A DNA stretch of 32,000 nt from Candidatus Saccharimonadota bacterium (GCA_046350815.1 JAXLZO010000001.1:30001-62000), one strand, 5' to 3'; shown: positions 9,811 through 21,030, numbered from the stretch's first letter. The notes: generated by a model not told the origin, from the sequence alone. Numbers and translations are program-made.

Positions 9811-10195
9811 AAGAAGATATCTGAGAAATTGTTGCCTCAAGAAAGAGAAGTACAAAACCAAAAAGAAGTGCGGTCTGCCATATAAGCACTCAGTAATAGT
9901 CAAAAATTCGTATCATACATGCGTAAATAACGAGAAAAAACGCATGACGAAGAGAGGTGTAAATCAAGCTCGCATTGATCGCTCCACGATAGTAGAGTTT
10001 CTTCAGAAAATAAATCACAATCGTCAAATAACTCGTAAGAGCAAGAACGAGCGATACAACCATAAGTGTGAGCATCAATGGAAGATTCCTTTCAGGGGAA
10101 GTATAGAAAAGAAGAATGAGAACCGATAAACTGCTCGATGCACCTATAAGTGTCAAAAGTCCAAGAGTCGTGAGGCGTGGGTGAGATCAAAACAT
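9803..10195 (-). CDS. Small hypothetical integral membrane protein (about 130 aa)
   Basis: Track ORF 9890..10156(-) extends through TGA at 9890-9892 to TAA at 9803-9805, and upstream to ATG at 10193-10195. There are three to four hydrophobic segments. The 3' end overlaps the cmk start by 8 nt. Confidence 0.5.
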
Positions 10196-10328
10196 GATAT
10201 GGATGGTATATCTCCAGAGAAATATGTCAAGAAAAGAAGATTTTTTACGAAAATATGCAAGAAAAGAGTCAACTTTTTGCATTTTTTGAAAATATATCGT
10301 AGTATAGAAAAAAATATCTCTCTTGAGT

Positions 10329-11189
10329 ATGACATCACATTCTATTATTCATCGTTCTTCTCTCCCTTCAAAGCCTTCAAAAAGTAGTATTTTGCTCGCT
10401 ACGATATTACTTTGAAGTATCTTACTGACAGGTTGTGGAAAGACAATCAGTCCACAAGACAGCGAAAAACAAGCAACAGAGTCAAACGATCGCCAATTCA
10501 CAAAAAAGGGTGTTCCATATTTTGCCGACGTATGAGTTGCTATCGGTCTTAATGCTTGATACAAAAGCAAAAAAGACAATGACGTAGTAGTTAATCTCGC
10601 GGGCCAGGTCATCCCCATTCAGCAAGCTCTCGAAGAAAAAGATCTCAAACATCGAAAGATCATTGCATCCAATATTAATGAAATAGCGGCCTACCGCGAT
10701 ATACTCAAGATTGATATAAAAGAGAAGCTTGATAGCTCTCCGGATCGCCAAGCTACTCTCAAAGCTCATATGGAGCTCCTCAATAAACACTATAATCTCG
10801 CACAAGACAACCTCAAAGGACTCGATATTTCTCGAAAGGAAATCACAACAGCACTCGGTGAAATTACAACCAGAGTTAATAGTGCTCGAACTCAAGTGGA
10901 CAACTCTTTTGCAAAGCTTGATCCATCTGATGTTGATGAGTATGTCGGTGAGTATATCAGTGCAAAGGAAGACGAACGATATGCTCAGACCTATCTTGTA
11001 CTTACCGACCGATTGAGAGAACGGTATGCAAAACTGCAATCATACAATTCACTCCTCATTCAAACTATAGCGAACAATCGTGAAGCACTCATCGCCTGAG
11101 TAAGTGTAGTAATGCCAGCTCAAGGAAATGATTTTATGGATGATCTCTGACTTATAAAGACAGAAGCACAAAAAAAGACCGGGCAGTAG
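10329..11189 (+). CDS. Hypothetical lipoprotein with a coiled-coil-like body (286 aa)
   Basis: The frame of track ORF 10770..11099(+) extends upstream to ATG 10329 through TGA at 10413, 10533 and 10557, and downstream through TGA 11097 and 11148 to TAG at 11187-11189. The lipobox is SILLATILLGSILLTG|C. It is followed by the terminator at 11199-11232. Confidence 0.65.
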
Positions 11190-11198
11190 ACAAGATTC

Positions 11199-11232
11199 AA
11201 AAAATATTCTCCAATATTGGAGAATATTTTTT
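11199..11232 (+). terminator. Rho-independent bidirectional terminator
   Basis: AAAAAATATTCTCCAATATTGGAGAATATTTTTT is a perfect palindromic stem flanked by an A-run and a T-run, 10 nt after the lipoprotein stop. Confidence 0.8.
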
Positions 11233-11295
11233 GAATCAAAATTGATGATGGGTGGAAAAGATATAAACCTCTTATGGTCGAAATAATAAAAATAT

Positions 11296-11476
11296 GTCAT
11301 CCTCGCGGAGGCGGGGATCTACTTCTAATATCATTTTTGAATATACCATCTATTCATGAGATTCCCGTCTATATAGGAATGGCAAGAGAGTAGATATACA
11401 GAATGCAACCGACCTAAGCCCCTTTCTCAGATGGATAAAATCCGAATATGTCATCCTAAACTTAATTCAGCATCTT
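11296..11476. repeat. Intergenic mosaic hairpin-repeat cluster C
   Basis: Modules: the perfect 25-mer GTCATCCTCGCGGAGGCGGGGATCT at 11296-11320. GATTCCCGTCTATATAGGAATGGCA at 11360-11384. A degenerate GTCATCCTAAACTTAATTCAGCATC at 11449-11473. Confidence 0.8.
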
Positions 11477-11519
11477 CCTTTTTCTTATTACATACTATTT
11501 TGACTCATATCAGAGCAAA

Positions 11520-12383
11520 CTAACTTCGAGATTTCAGCCATTCATGAAATGCTGGGCCAATATCCGCTCGAGCAAGAGCAAAGTCAACAACTGCTTGCAA
11601 ATATCCAATTTTTGATCCAGCATCATAGCGTACTCATTGCGTCGTGATAGCAGTTAACTCCTCTTGTGCGGATAGTGCACGAATAAAGCCATCAGCAAGT
11701 CGCTTTTCACCACCAGCACTCACCCCAGAGAGCTCGATATATCGCCACATTGCCGGAGTGATAATATACTTTCCTATCACGGCTTGTCGTGAAGTTGTTT
11801 CGTCCGGACGAGGCTTTTCAAGAAATTGAGTTACACGATGCAGATGGTGAGTATTGTCAATATCAACAATACCATAAGAACTTACCGCTTCATCACTCAC
11901 TGTCTGAGTCAAAAGAACAGATGACCCATATTGTTCATATGCATCGACGAGTTCTTGAGCTCAAGTGCGCTCACCCATAATCAGGTCATCTCAGAACAAT
12001 ACAAGACACGGTTCATCACCTACAAAAGGACGAGCACAGAGAAGAGCATCCCCGTCTCATGTTGCTTCCGGCTGTCGTACATAAGCAATCTTTACACCGC
12101 AAGAAACCGATCGAACACTCTCAAGTTCTTTGAGTTTTCCTTTGCGTTCGAGTACTCATTCGAGCTCAAGAGAACGATCAAAATGATCAACAATCATATC
12201 CTTACCCCGAGAGAGCACAATTACGATTTCTTCAATACCAGCACTCACAGCCTCTTCGACAAGGTATTGAATTACTGGTTTATCAACCAATGTAATCATC
12301 TCCTTTGGCACTGCTTTGCTTGCTGGAAGCATACGCGTGCCATATCCAGCTGCTGCAATTATACATTTTTTGACGGCCTTCAT
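11520..12383 (-). CDS. galU: UTP--glucose-1-phosphate uridylyltransferase (287 aa)
   Basis: [45 protein letters not shown] is the canonical GalU N-terminus. YVRQPEAT[TGA]DGDAL and VLF[TGA]DDLI place TGA on conserved Gly. Track ORFs 12156..12383 and 11634..11912 are in the same frame. Stop is TAG at 11520-11522. Confidence 0.9.
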
Positions 12384-12443
12384 GAGAGAAAGGAGTGAAG
12401 AATAAATTATAGAGATTGTATTTCTCTGGAAAAAAAATCAATC

Positions 12444-13118
12444 TTATCTCTCATCAGAAATTTCCCGTGATCGAAGAGACTGTAATCGCCAAGTAGCAAT
12501 AGAATTGTGATTGCCAGAAAGAAGAACATCAGGCACCCTCATATTACGCCATATTTCTGGACGAGTATAATGAGGATATTCCATCTTCCCATCGAATGAT
12601 TCACTGAAGGATTCTTCCTCATGTGAAGCATCCTTGATTACTCATGGAATGAGGCGAGCTATCGAATCGATAAGTACAAGAGCCGCTGTCTCTCCTCACG
12701 TTAGGATATAATCCCCTATCGAGACACGACGCATATGATAATGATCTATGACACGTTCATCAATCCCCTCATAGTGGCCACAAATAATAATGATGTCTTT
12801 CTTATTCGTTGCAATATTTTGAGCGGAAGATTGAACCCAGCGCTCACCACCGGGAGACATGACAAATATCTCAGGTTTTTCAGGACTCTTATCGAGAATG
12901 TCATCTATTGCGAGTGCAATCGGCTCACACTGAAGAAGGGTGCCATTGCCACCACCATACACACGATCATCGACGCGGCGAGTTGAGCGCACACTATAAT
13001 CAGAGAGTTTGACAAAAACGGGAGTGATACTCCCGTTTTTGACGCTTCGCCCCAATATCGATGTTTCGAGAGCACTTGTGAGCGTCTCTGGAAATAGTCC
13101 AACGATAAAAATCTTCAT
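12444..13118 (-). CDS. trmD: tRNA (guanine37-N1)-methyltransferase (224 aa)
   Basis: Motifs: [11 protein letters not shown].., [33 protein letters not shown][TGA]GE with TGA at 12696-12698 on the conserved Gly of the SPOUT knot motif, and YPHYTRP. Stop is TAA at 12444-12446. Confidence 0.9.
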
Positions 13119-14119
13119 TATTTCGAAACGCTTACCATTTTAATCGAGAACACAAGACTCTTCCCTGCAAGATCTTGCTTGTTCGGTATTCGCAAAACCA
13201 CCTCATCTCCATCTGATCGAACATCTGCAATCTCCACTTCATCACCAATTTTTAAGCCAAAGCGTGCAAAAAGAGCAAGAGATTTTTCATTGAGTTTTTT
13301 CTTCGCACCATTTTTAATTTCATTATCTGCGAAAATTGCAGCATCTGGCATTTTTTCAGATACCATGATAACCGATCCACTCATAGAAATGATTTCATAA
13401 TCAATACCATCCTTTGAGGCTTTTGTGCCGACTGCTATAGGTTTGTCGTAGAATGGAAGCTTGGTCGTATCAAGAACATAGGTTACCTTATCACCGTCAA
13501 TAGCTGTAACCTTCATAAGAAGATTTGGATCGACGGAACTTGGATACACGCTTCCAACCTGGATTTTCGTTGTATCGACTGGCTCTCCAAGCGACTGAGT
13601 AATAGGTTTCTTCTCCGTATAAATCTTACTATCCATAGGACGAACAATATTTCCCTCAAGCATCTCACGAACCATAGGAATTTCAATAAATCCTTCTCCG
13701 TACGCATCCTTCGGAGAGAGTGTAAATTCTCGAGTTTGTCCTGCCTGCATGCCCATCATTGCCTGTGCAAAACCTGGTATAGTACCTTGGCCAACTACTG
13801 CATCAAATGCAAGACGATTCTCTCGTGTACCCTGAAGAGATGTACCACACGTATCATAGAGTGCATACTCTACCTTAACCTGTGAGCCTGTTTTTGAAAC
13901 AGGTCCACTACCAGTACCAGTTGGTGCGCCAAGATCTGTAGGCTTTATTGGACATGATTGTGCAGTTGCTTTGCTTTCTTCTGCTCCAGATTGAGTTGAA
14001 GTATTTTGAGGAGATGATTTTTGGTCGAGAGAAGCATTTTTATTCATTCATGGAAGACTACAACCAGTAACAAAAGCAGAGATGAAAATAAGAGAAATGA
14101 GAGAATGCATGGCTTTCAT
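13118..14119 (-). CDS. FKBP-type peptidyl-prolyl isomerase-like lipoprotein (333 aa)
   Basis: Track ORF 13118..14047(-) extends upstream through TGA 14048-14050 to ATG 14117-14119, giving the lipoprotein signal MKAMHSLISLIFISAFVTG|C. The FKBP-like core is VKVEYALYD...AVVGQGTIPGFAQAMMGMQAGQTREFTLSPKDAYGE. Stop is TAA at 13118-13120, a 1-nt overlap with the trmD start. Confidence 0.65.
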
Positions 14120-14179
14120 AAAGATCGAGGAAAAAATAAATCGCCCCTATGCTATGAAAAAAAGTCATGAGAGCAAGTC

Positions 14180-15187
14180 CTACTGACTCAGGTTACCTTG
14201 ACATGAACTTACGATCCTGATATATACATAATCTTCCATGGAACCAACCGAACCACCCGTGATCATCTGTCTCTGAATATCATTCACGCACATCATGAGT
14301 CTTGCGAGACTTTTAACAGTGTGTTTTCGCTGTATGAGTTTATCGAGAGGATATCTCTTCACACCAAAAATCCCACCGTCAAGATCTCTTCTTGAACCAT
14401 GTGCAAGCAGATCCAGTGCTGCAATATATTTACGAAGTTGGGTTCGGAGGCTGGGTAACACAGACCACATCATACCCATATCACAGAGTCCATACCAAAG
14501 TCTTGCAATTTCTTGAGCATTTCATCAAAGTATCGCATCAAGCATCTCATAGACTTTGAGATCAAGAGATGGCTTGTATGTTCGACTCACTTCTTCAATC
14601 GTCAACGATCATGCATCATCATGATAGCCAAGATGATAAAAATTGAGAGCCTGCTCCGTCACCTGAGATGGAAGAGACATCAAATAATCTAATACAGATC
14701 AAGAGATATTGGGAAGTAGTAATTTTGCCTTTGCCCGAAGCTCAACACCCGAGAGAACATCAAATGACTCGATATAAGCAGATTTTTCTATCCACTTAAA
14801 AAACGATGATTCGATAGAACTACTATCCCCTACTACTATAATCTTTGCATGGTTAGGTATTTGTGTAATATCATATTTAATAGCTGGTGTTTTTGATCGG
14901 CCTGTGCTGGATTCATCATCAACACCCTCCTCATCAGACATATCTTTTTTGGGAGATTTTACCGCTAGAGAATAGCGTGCGATAATAAGTTTACAATCAG
15001 AAAAAAGAGGCATGGCTCTTGCTTCAGCAAGAATATCTTCCCAAGTTGGCGCATCAAGCGATACTACATTGTGCTCACCATAATCTCATGAAAAATCCTG
15101 GATAACAGCTTCGAGACGAGCAAAAAGATTATCCGTATGAATCCCAGTATAGAGTGTGAGCGGCGAAGAAAGAGGAACGGTATTCAT
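14180..15187 (-). CDS. holA: DNA polymerase III delta subunit-like (335 aa)
   Basis: Track ORFs 15086..15376, 14699..15013 and 14180..14479 (all -) share one frame and are joined by TGA. The layout is HolA-like: PLTLYTG..., LDAPTWEDILAEARAMPLFSDCKLII, LKVYEMLDAIL[TGA][TGA]NAQEIARLW. Stop is TAG at 14180-14182. I chose the start MNTVPL at 15185-15187. The ATG at 15226 is an alternative. The track start at 15376 would read into repeat cluster D. Confidence 0.65.
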
Positions 15188-15302
15188 AATAGAAAGTATA
15201 TGAAAATTCGAATGTTTGTCATACATAATGAGACAAGATAGGAGAAAGAGAGAGCAACCCACCAGTCCACTCAATGACGGAGAACAATACAAACAGTTGT
15301 AG

Positions 15303-15549
15303 GTTCCCATCTTGCACGGGAATGACACAAATTTTATGTCATCCTCGCGGAGGCGGGGATCTACAACTATCGACACAGCAAGTTCTTATCATTGAAATGG
15401 GTTGAATCTGATATTTTTTTGATTTGAAAGCTCTATTGAGAATGCAAAAATAGTAGATTCCCGTCTACACGGGAATGACAAATAATTTAAAATCCGCATA
15501 CGTCACTCCACCCCGGCTTCGCCACCCCTCAAAGAGGGGAAGAAATAAA
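15303..15549. repeat. Intergenic mosaic hairpin-repeat cluster D
   Basis: Modules: GTTCCCATCTTGCACGGGAATGACA at 15303-15327. The perfect 25-mer at 15338-15362. GATTCCCGTCTACACGGGAATGACA at 15456-15480 (form ATTCCC-N8-GGGAAT). CCACCCCGGCTTCGCCACCCCTCAAAGAGGGGAAGAAATAAA at 15508-15549, an inverted copy of 145-185. Confidence 0.85.
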
Positions 15550-15550
15550 T

Positions 15551-15584
15551 AAAATCCCTACTCATAAAATAAGTAGGGATTTTA
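15551..15584 (-). terminator. Rho-independent terminator after the giant surface-protein gene
   Basis: AAAATCCCTACT-CATAAAATA-AGTAGGGATTTT is a 9-bp perfect stem with flanking A and T runs, 15 nt downstream of the TAG at 15599-15601. Confidence 0.75.
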
Positions 15585-15598
15585 AGAATCATTAGATA

Positions 15599-18500
15599 CT
15601 ATTGCACCGAAGTAACTTTTGTCAGATTGTACTGCTTGAGGAAGTCACTCACAAGTGGTGGTGGATCTGAGAGTACTCGGGAAGAATAATTCACCAGAAT
15701 TCCTGTCACGATACCACTTGAAGCACTACTACCACGAGCATAGGTACGAGCTGCTATCAGATCTGCAGCATTACCATAGAGACTACCATTGATGATCAGT
15801 TGAGATCATGATGGTTGTCACTTAATATGGTTCGCAATATAAACGCCATCCAACTGTGTCACATTTGTTCAAATTTCAATTTCATCTGCAATAAATGCAA
15901 CCGAATTATTACCAGCTGTTATGTTGCCATTAATGGTCAATTTCCCATTAATCACATAGGTAACCTTTTGAGGGATTATCACTGTATTTAAAGTTACATC
16001 CTTATTTTCAGCACGTACCATAGATGTTCCGGTAGGTAGACCAGAGAATAATCATGGCTGATGAGCTCAGGTAATATTTTTCAAATCAAAATTTGAATTA
16101 GATGTATTCGTATTTTTAGCATTACCAGTATTGAAGTTTGCTGCCTTGAGTTGCTCAAGAAAATCCTTAGCAACTGTATCAATATCAACTGTTTGATTCG
16201 GATTTGCAAAGTATCCGGCACCACCTGCATTGTTTGCAATGATTGGTCGAGTTACACGAATATTGATAGCACCAGGTAAGCGCATATCGTTATCTATATC
16301 ATCACTAGGTTGTTGCAAGGTAACATAAAAATCAAGAAATGGTTTATTTGGGTAATTGACTGTTCGATAAGCTGCATTTTTCAGATTGTTCGTTTGTCCA
16401 TAATCAGCCTTTCAGGCATCATTCCAACGATTTGGATCAGATGGCCAATTAACTATAGGCAATCATTTATGTTGATTCAAACGAGCTGAATTATTTTCAA
16501 AGTCACTGAAATTCATAAGTGGCTCACAAAGTTCCCACGCACTACCATTCCACCGAGAATTAAATTGATTCGGCTGATCTCATGGATTTGCATTTCCTAT
16601 ACAACTTTGATTCAACGTTTGGCTCCATGCATCATTCGTAATGAAATCTCATTGACTCTTGAGAACTATTTTAGATCCAGTAGGTGGAGCAAAGATATAT
16701 CCAGGAGATCGGAGATTGAGTTTATCTTTCTGTCGAAACACTGGAGTATTCTGCCCAATGATCATACTATATGTCCCAGATCAAGTAATATTCTGCCCAT
16801 TAAACAAAGTAAACTCTCTGGATGGACTTTCTGCAGGATTGATAGTAATAGATGGCAAAGTACAGCTCATCGGTTGAGTACTAATATCAAGTCCTATCTT
16901 ACATTCTCCAGGTGTTTTAAATCTATCAACGTAAACACCATTACATACATCGTATGTGCTTGCTGTTATAGTTTGAGATGGTGATCATGGTTTACCACAA
17001 TATCACCACTTGCTTGGATCAGAAGCATAGACAGAAGGATCACACTCTTCTCCAGCATCAAGGCGACCATTTCAACATACTAGTGAAGGATCTCCGCCAG
17101 TCTTACATTGATTAAATGCTCCTGGACGTCCACAGGCACCCCAGTTTACTGCAGATCACATATCACACGTTTCACCAACCTCAAGTGTACCATTTCCACA
17201 ATATGGATTTGATATGGTATTTGTGATCTTACATGTTGTGTCATTCGTATCGAGCGATGATGCGTAGTTTGAATATTCAGCATTATAGTTCCGTCCTACA
17301 GCGATTGGAAAAACTGGATAGTTTGAAACAATACATTTCACATTTTGAGAACCTGGACGATCTGGATTGACTGGAAAGCTCGCGGGATTGCCATGAGAGA
17401 AATCACCAATATAATCAATCACATTGTCACCATCACGATCCACTCAAAATGATCGAGCTTGAGCATTTCCCTGACAAGCAAATGTTGTGTTGTTAATTTT
17501 TGCTACAGACATACATTGAAGCTGGCTTCCTCCTCAACAGATTCCTGTACACCCAGTCTTCAATACCGCACTATTACAATTCGTCGTATCTCCACCAGCA
17601 AGAGTCTTTGCAGCAGATTCATTTGCATTCTCCACACACGCTGTATTTGTCACTGTTGTATTTGCACCAGCAGTTACACGCATAGGGATAAGAATCTCTG
17701 GCAACACATTTATACCAACAGAAGGTTGACCATTGAGATAGCAAGAGAGGATTGATCAACTACTTGCCGAACAATTCCATCCATTCGTCGTGATAGCTGC
17801 TGATGTACGCTCTACTCCAGCAGGGAAAGTATCAGATACAAAAGTTGTACCATTGATAGCAGCCGGGCCATTGTTAGTAACGACAATACGATAATTGAAG
17901 GTAGCTCCGTTTGCGAGATCGATCGCTGTCTCTGCATCATCACTATTGATGTACTTACGAATCGAGAGATCAAATCCATCATTCACTTTGATACAAGCAG
18001 GATCACTCTGTGTGTCAGCTGCACGAGCAGGACATCCAGTATCAGGAGGCAAAGGTGGAATGGTCGTTGTACAAGCAGGATTGTCTATGAGAGATCCACC
18101 ACTGAGAATCTTCTTCGCACAGACATAGGCAATATTCTGATGAAATGATCCCGATGCAGCAGATGCCCGAAGCTTCGCAATGATCGTAAAATTATACGTA
18201 CTACCGGACGCGAGGACATTATCTGTCTGATGCATCACTACTGAGTGAGTATGACCACTGTGTGTGGTAGTTGTCGATCCTGTCGACCATCCAGCTGGAG
18301 CTGATGCAAATCGCACAAATTCCACATATTCTGGAAGTACGTCTTTCACGATCGCACCATTCACCGATCCACTCGAAACCTTGACTTGGTAGAGATAGTT
18401 GAACTCTGTATCACGAGTAACGTTCACCGCACTCGACTCATTCTGAGAGTCACCGGCAGGCATAGTTCCAGCATATTTTTTGATAGAGAGAGTGCCTTGA

Positions 18501-20791
18501 GAGGTTGGAGTAGAGGAGATATGAATAACTGCTGGATCCGTGTTATCTGAAGTATTTATATCACCAGGATTTGATACTGTCGCTGAGTTGGTGATATATC
18601 CGCTTACTGAAGTGCTGGTGACTACAGGAATGTTGATAGTCTGAAATGTTAACCCAGATGCAATATTACCAGTATTGGTACAAGTAAAACTATTGCTAGC
18701 CTGAGAACATGACCATGTTGTGCCAGTCACATTACCCGAGAATGATACTCCTTCCGGAAGTGTATCAGTCACTGTTGTTATACCACTTACACTTGATGGG
18801 CCGTTATTCGTCACAACAACCTTATAGCTGAAAGTAGCAGAATTTGTCTTTTCAATAGCACTACTATTATTTTGAGCATCATTTGCAGGAGCTACGCTAT
18901 CGACATATTTCTTGAGAGAAAGATTGAACGTGTCAGGTATTGTTATTGGTTTACAAGATGTTGCATTACAACCACCAACTCACCAACCAGATTTTGAAGG
19001 ATCGTTTGGATCACACTGCTCACCTTGAATACCAGAAGTAACAAGATCTGTGTCGATATTCGTATCTACGATGCCGTCGCCACACCAAGTGATTTCATAC
19101 TTGGCACATTCTTTATGAACTTGTTGTGAACTTGATCCTATTCGATAATAAATTCCATAGTCAATTTTGAGATTCTCAAAAGAACGAACAGCTGGACGAT
19201 CAATGATATGATATTCTGTCTTTGATTGAATAATCTCTTGATCTACAGTATTGTTAGGGACAACAAAGGATCGATCTCGAATCCAAGGAGTCCATTCAAA
19301 CTCAAACTTTACATTTGATCTATTATAATCAGCCGGCTCTCGAAAAATAGCGGTAAAATTATTGAGAGTAAGATTATTTCACGTTCTATTCGTAAGCTTA
19401 TCTGTAAATCGAAACGTTTGTCCAACTCGGAGTGATCATGTAAATGTCTGGTTACACGCAAGAGAGGTAATGTCTGTTTGACATGTTGCGGTACAATATC
19501 CATCATTACCATTATTAGTACCATTATCACATGACTCATTTCCTTCTTTCTTTCCATCACCACAAACTGGAGTTTTTGTGTAATTTGCAGAACAAGATTG
19601 AGTACCTGATGTATTCTTACATGACCAAGTAAAGTTTTGTGTTAAACCTGAAGTACTACTGCTGAAGGTATCAACATTTCCTACAGAACAAAGATTTGGT
19701 GAATTTGATGAGATAGTTCCATTAAGAGCCCCAACAGAGGTTCAACATTGAGGTGATGGTTGAGTGATATTTGTTAAAGTACAGCTTGTAGTACACATCT
19801 TGCCAGAGGTTACACCATCATTACCATCACATGACTCAAGTCCCTCTTTCTTTCCATCACCACAAACTGGAGTTTTTGTGTAATTTGCAGAACAAGATTG
19901 AGTACCTGATGTATTCTTACATGACCAAGAATAATTTGTCTTCAATCCCTGATCTGTCATGCCAGTAGAGCTACTAAAAGATACTACCGAACCTCATGTA
20001 CAAAGATTTGGTGAATTAGAATTTATAGAATTTATAGAATTTGTAAGTATTCCAGAAGTAGAGCCACAGACAGGTGGTAACTTTGCTGTACAACTTGCAT
20101 TACAGTATCATGGTTGACCATTGTTTATACCATCGTCACAGGATTCTGCTGTCCAAGTCTCACCAGGTCATACTGTTGAATCAGTAACACCATCACCACA
20201 CCAAGTAATAATATATGGTTGACATTCGGTGTGACGAGGGAGATTGACCCAATTATCTGCAGACACTTCTTCTTGTGCCTGTACGAAAAATTTGATAAAA
20301 ATATCAGCCGTTGTATCACGACTAAGTGGATGATCATAAACATTATAATAGCCACCATATTGAGGGCCACGCGAAGGTGCATAGCTCGTTAAAATTGGTA
20401 ACCGTGAATTCCCAGGAATAATCATACTACTATCAACTATCTCCTGAGTTCTAAAAAGAATCTCACCCTTTCAATTACCAGTCCCATCAGAAGTTCCACC
20501 AAATACTGACGAACCACCGCCTGTACCACCACTCTCATTAAAATCCATGAGCTCGGAAATATAGTCGCGACCTAGGTCCGTAATCCTGTGCCTGTTGGAA
20601 GAGTTATTGATATATTCATCTCCAAACTTATAACGCTGATCATAGCGAAGATACAATGGGGAGAATGACTGGTCACAAGAAACTCACTCACCTGGATAGG
20701 CAGGTGCTGCGAGTAATCAGTATGGTGCAAAAGTAACTGCACCTATTCATAGGACCGTTGTAAGGGTGATGAATTTGAAAAAGTTTTTCAT
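15599..20791 (-). CDS. Giant secreted Cys-rich surface protein with CGDG-type repeats and DUF11-like repeats (1730 aa)
   Basis: Track ORFs 20471..20656, 20168..20425, 19742..19960, 17756..18814, 17156..17443 and 16067..16318 (all -) share one frame (top coordinate = 1 mod 3). Manual translation of the gaps found only TGA (about 28 in total) and no TAA or TAG between ATG 20789-20791 and TAG 15599-15601. The signal peptide is MKNFFKFITLTTVL.IGAVTFAP. There are two ITWCGDG..CD..N modules and repeated C.NTSGTQSCSANYTKTPVCGDGKKEG.ESCD modules. Three DUF11-like repeats occur, e.g. ATFSYKVVVTNNGPSSVSGITTVTDTLPEGVSF and ATFNYRIVVTNNGPAAINGTTFVSDTFPAGVE. Further modules are CGNGTLEVGETCD and CGNGRLDAGEECD. 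Confidence 0.8.
19545..19929 (-). repeat. Internal 300-bp-period tandem duplication inside the giant gene
   Basis: 19545-19629 and 19845-19929 are identical at all 85 positions at an offset of exactly 300 nt. Flanking sequence is similar but diverged. Each copy encodes (T/S)WSCKNTSGTQSCSANYTKTPVCGDGKKEG. Confidence 0.9.
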
Positions 20792-20809
20792 AACATCAAA
20801 AGAAAGAAA

Positions 20810-21013
20810 TTATTGAGCCGATACGGTCGTAACATCTACAGTAGTTACTTCCTCAGCTTGTTTGGAAGGAATAGATCTAGGTTCAACAGTGCCACCAGGG
20901 ATGGCTGTGATAGGCGATCATGCCTTATCAGTCTGATTCACCTTTGTTCCACAAGAAACCAGCATGATAGTTGATACAATCAAGACAAAGGTGAATATAG
21001 TAGTATTTTTCAT
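20810..21013 (-). CDS. Small lipoprotein (67 aa)
   Basis: MKNTTIFTFVLIVSTIMLVS|CGTK contains a lipobox. There is one in-frame TGA. Stop is TAA at 20810-20812. The gene sits 17-18 nt from both neighbouring genes. It is absent from the track because TGA splits it below the size cutoff. Confidence 0.55.
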
Positions 21014-21030
21014 ATACATAAATTAATTAT

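Noticed and set aside
10482-11039. The 185-aa minus-strand ORF, together with 10349..10618 and 11049..11300
   Set aside because: They are antisense to the lipoprotein gene 10329..11189(+), which has a lipobox and a dedicated terminator. Their products are Cys/Phe/Ile-rich with no features.
15188-15376. N-terminal extensions of holA (to 15376) and of the 220-aa secreted protein (24986..25120) as given in the track
   Set aside because: The extensions read into hairpin-repeat cluster D or into the promoter region. They encode implausible Cys-rich or hydrophobic leaders upstream of much better start contexts (MNTVPL..., and MNTNTKRF... with a signal peptide).
15456-15480. ATTCCC-N8-GGGAAT modules as true neisserial dRS3 elements, implying a relationship to Neisseria or contamination
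   Set aside because: Only the formal pattern is shared. The surrounding genes use TGA=Gly and have a CPR-like gene repertoire. I regard the similarity as convergent or as a generic hairpin family.
20018-20046. A 9-bp tandem repeat (GAATTTATA x about 2.5) inside the giant gene as a slippage or phase-variation tract
   Set aside because: It is only about 2.5 units long and in frame, encoding NSINSINS. That is too short to call a contingency locus without population data.
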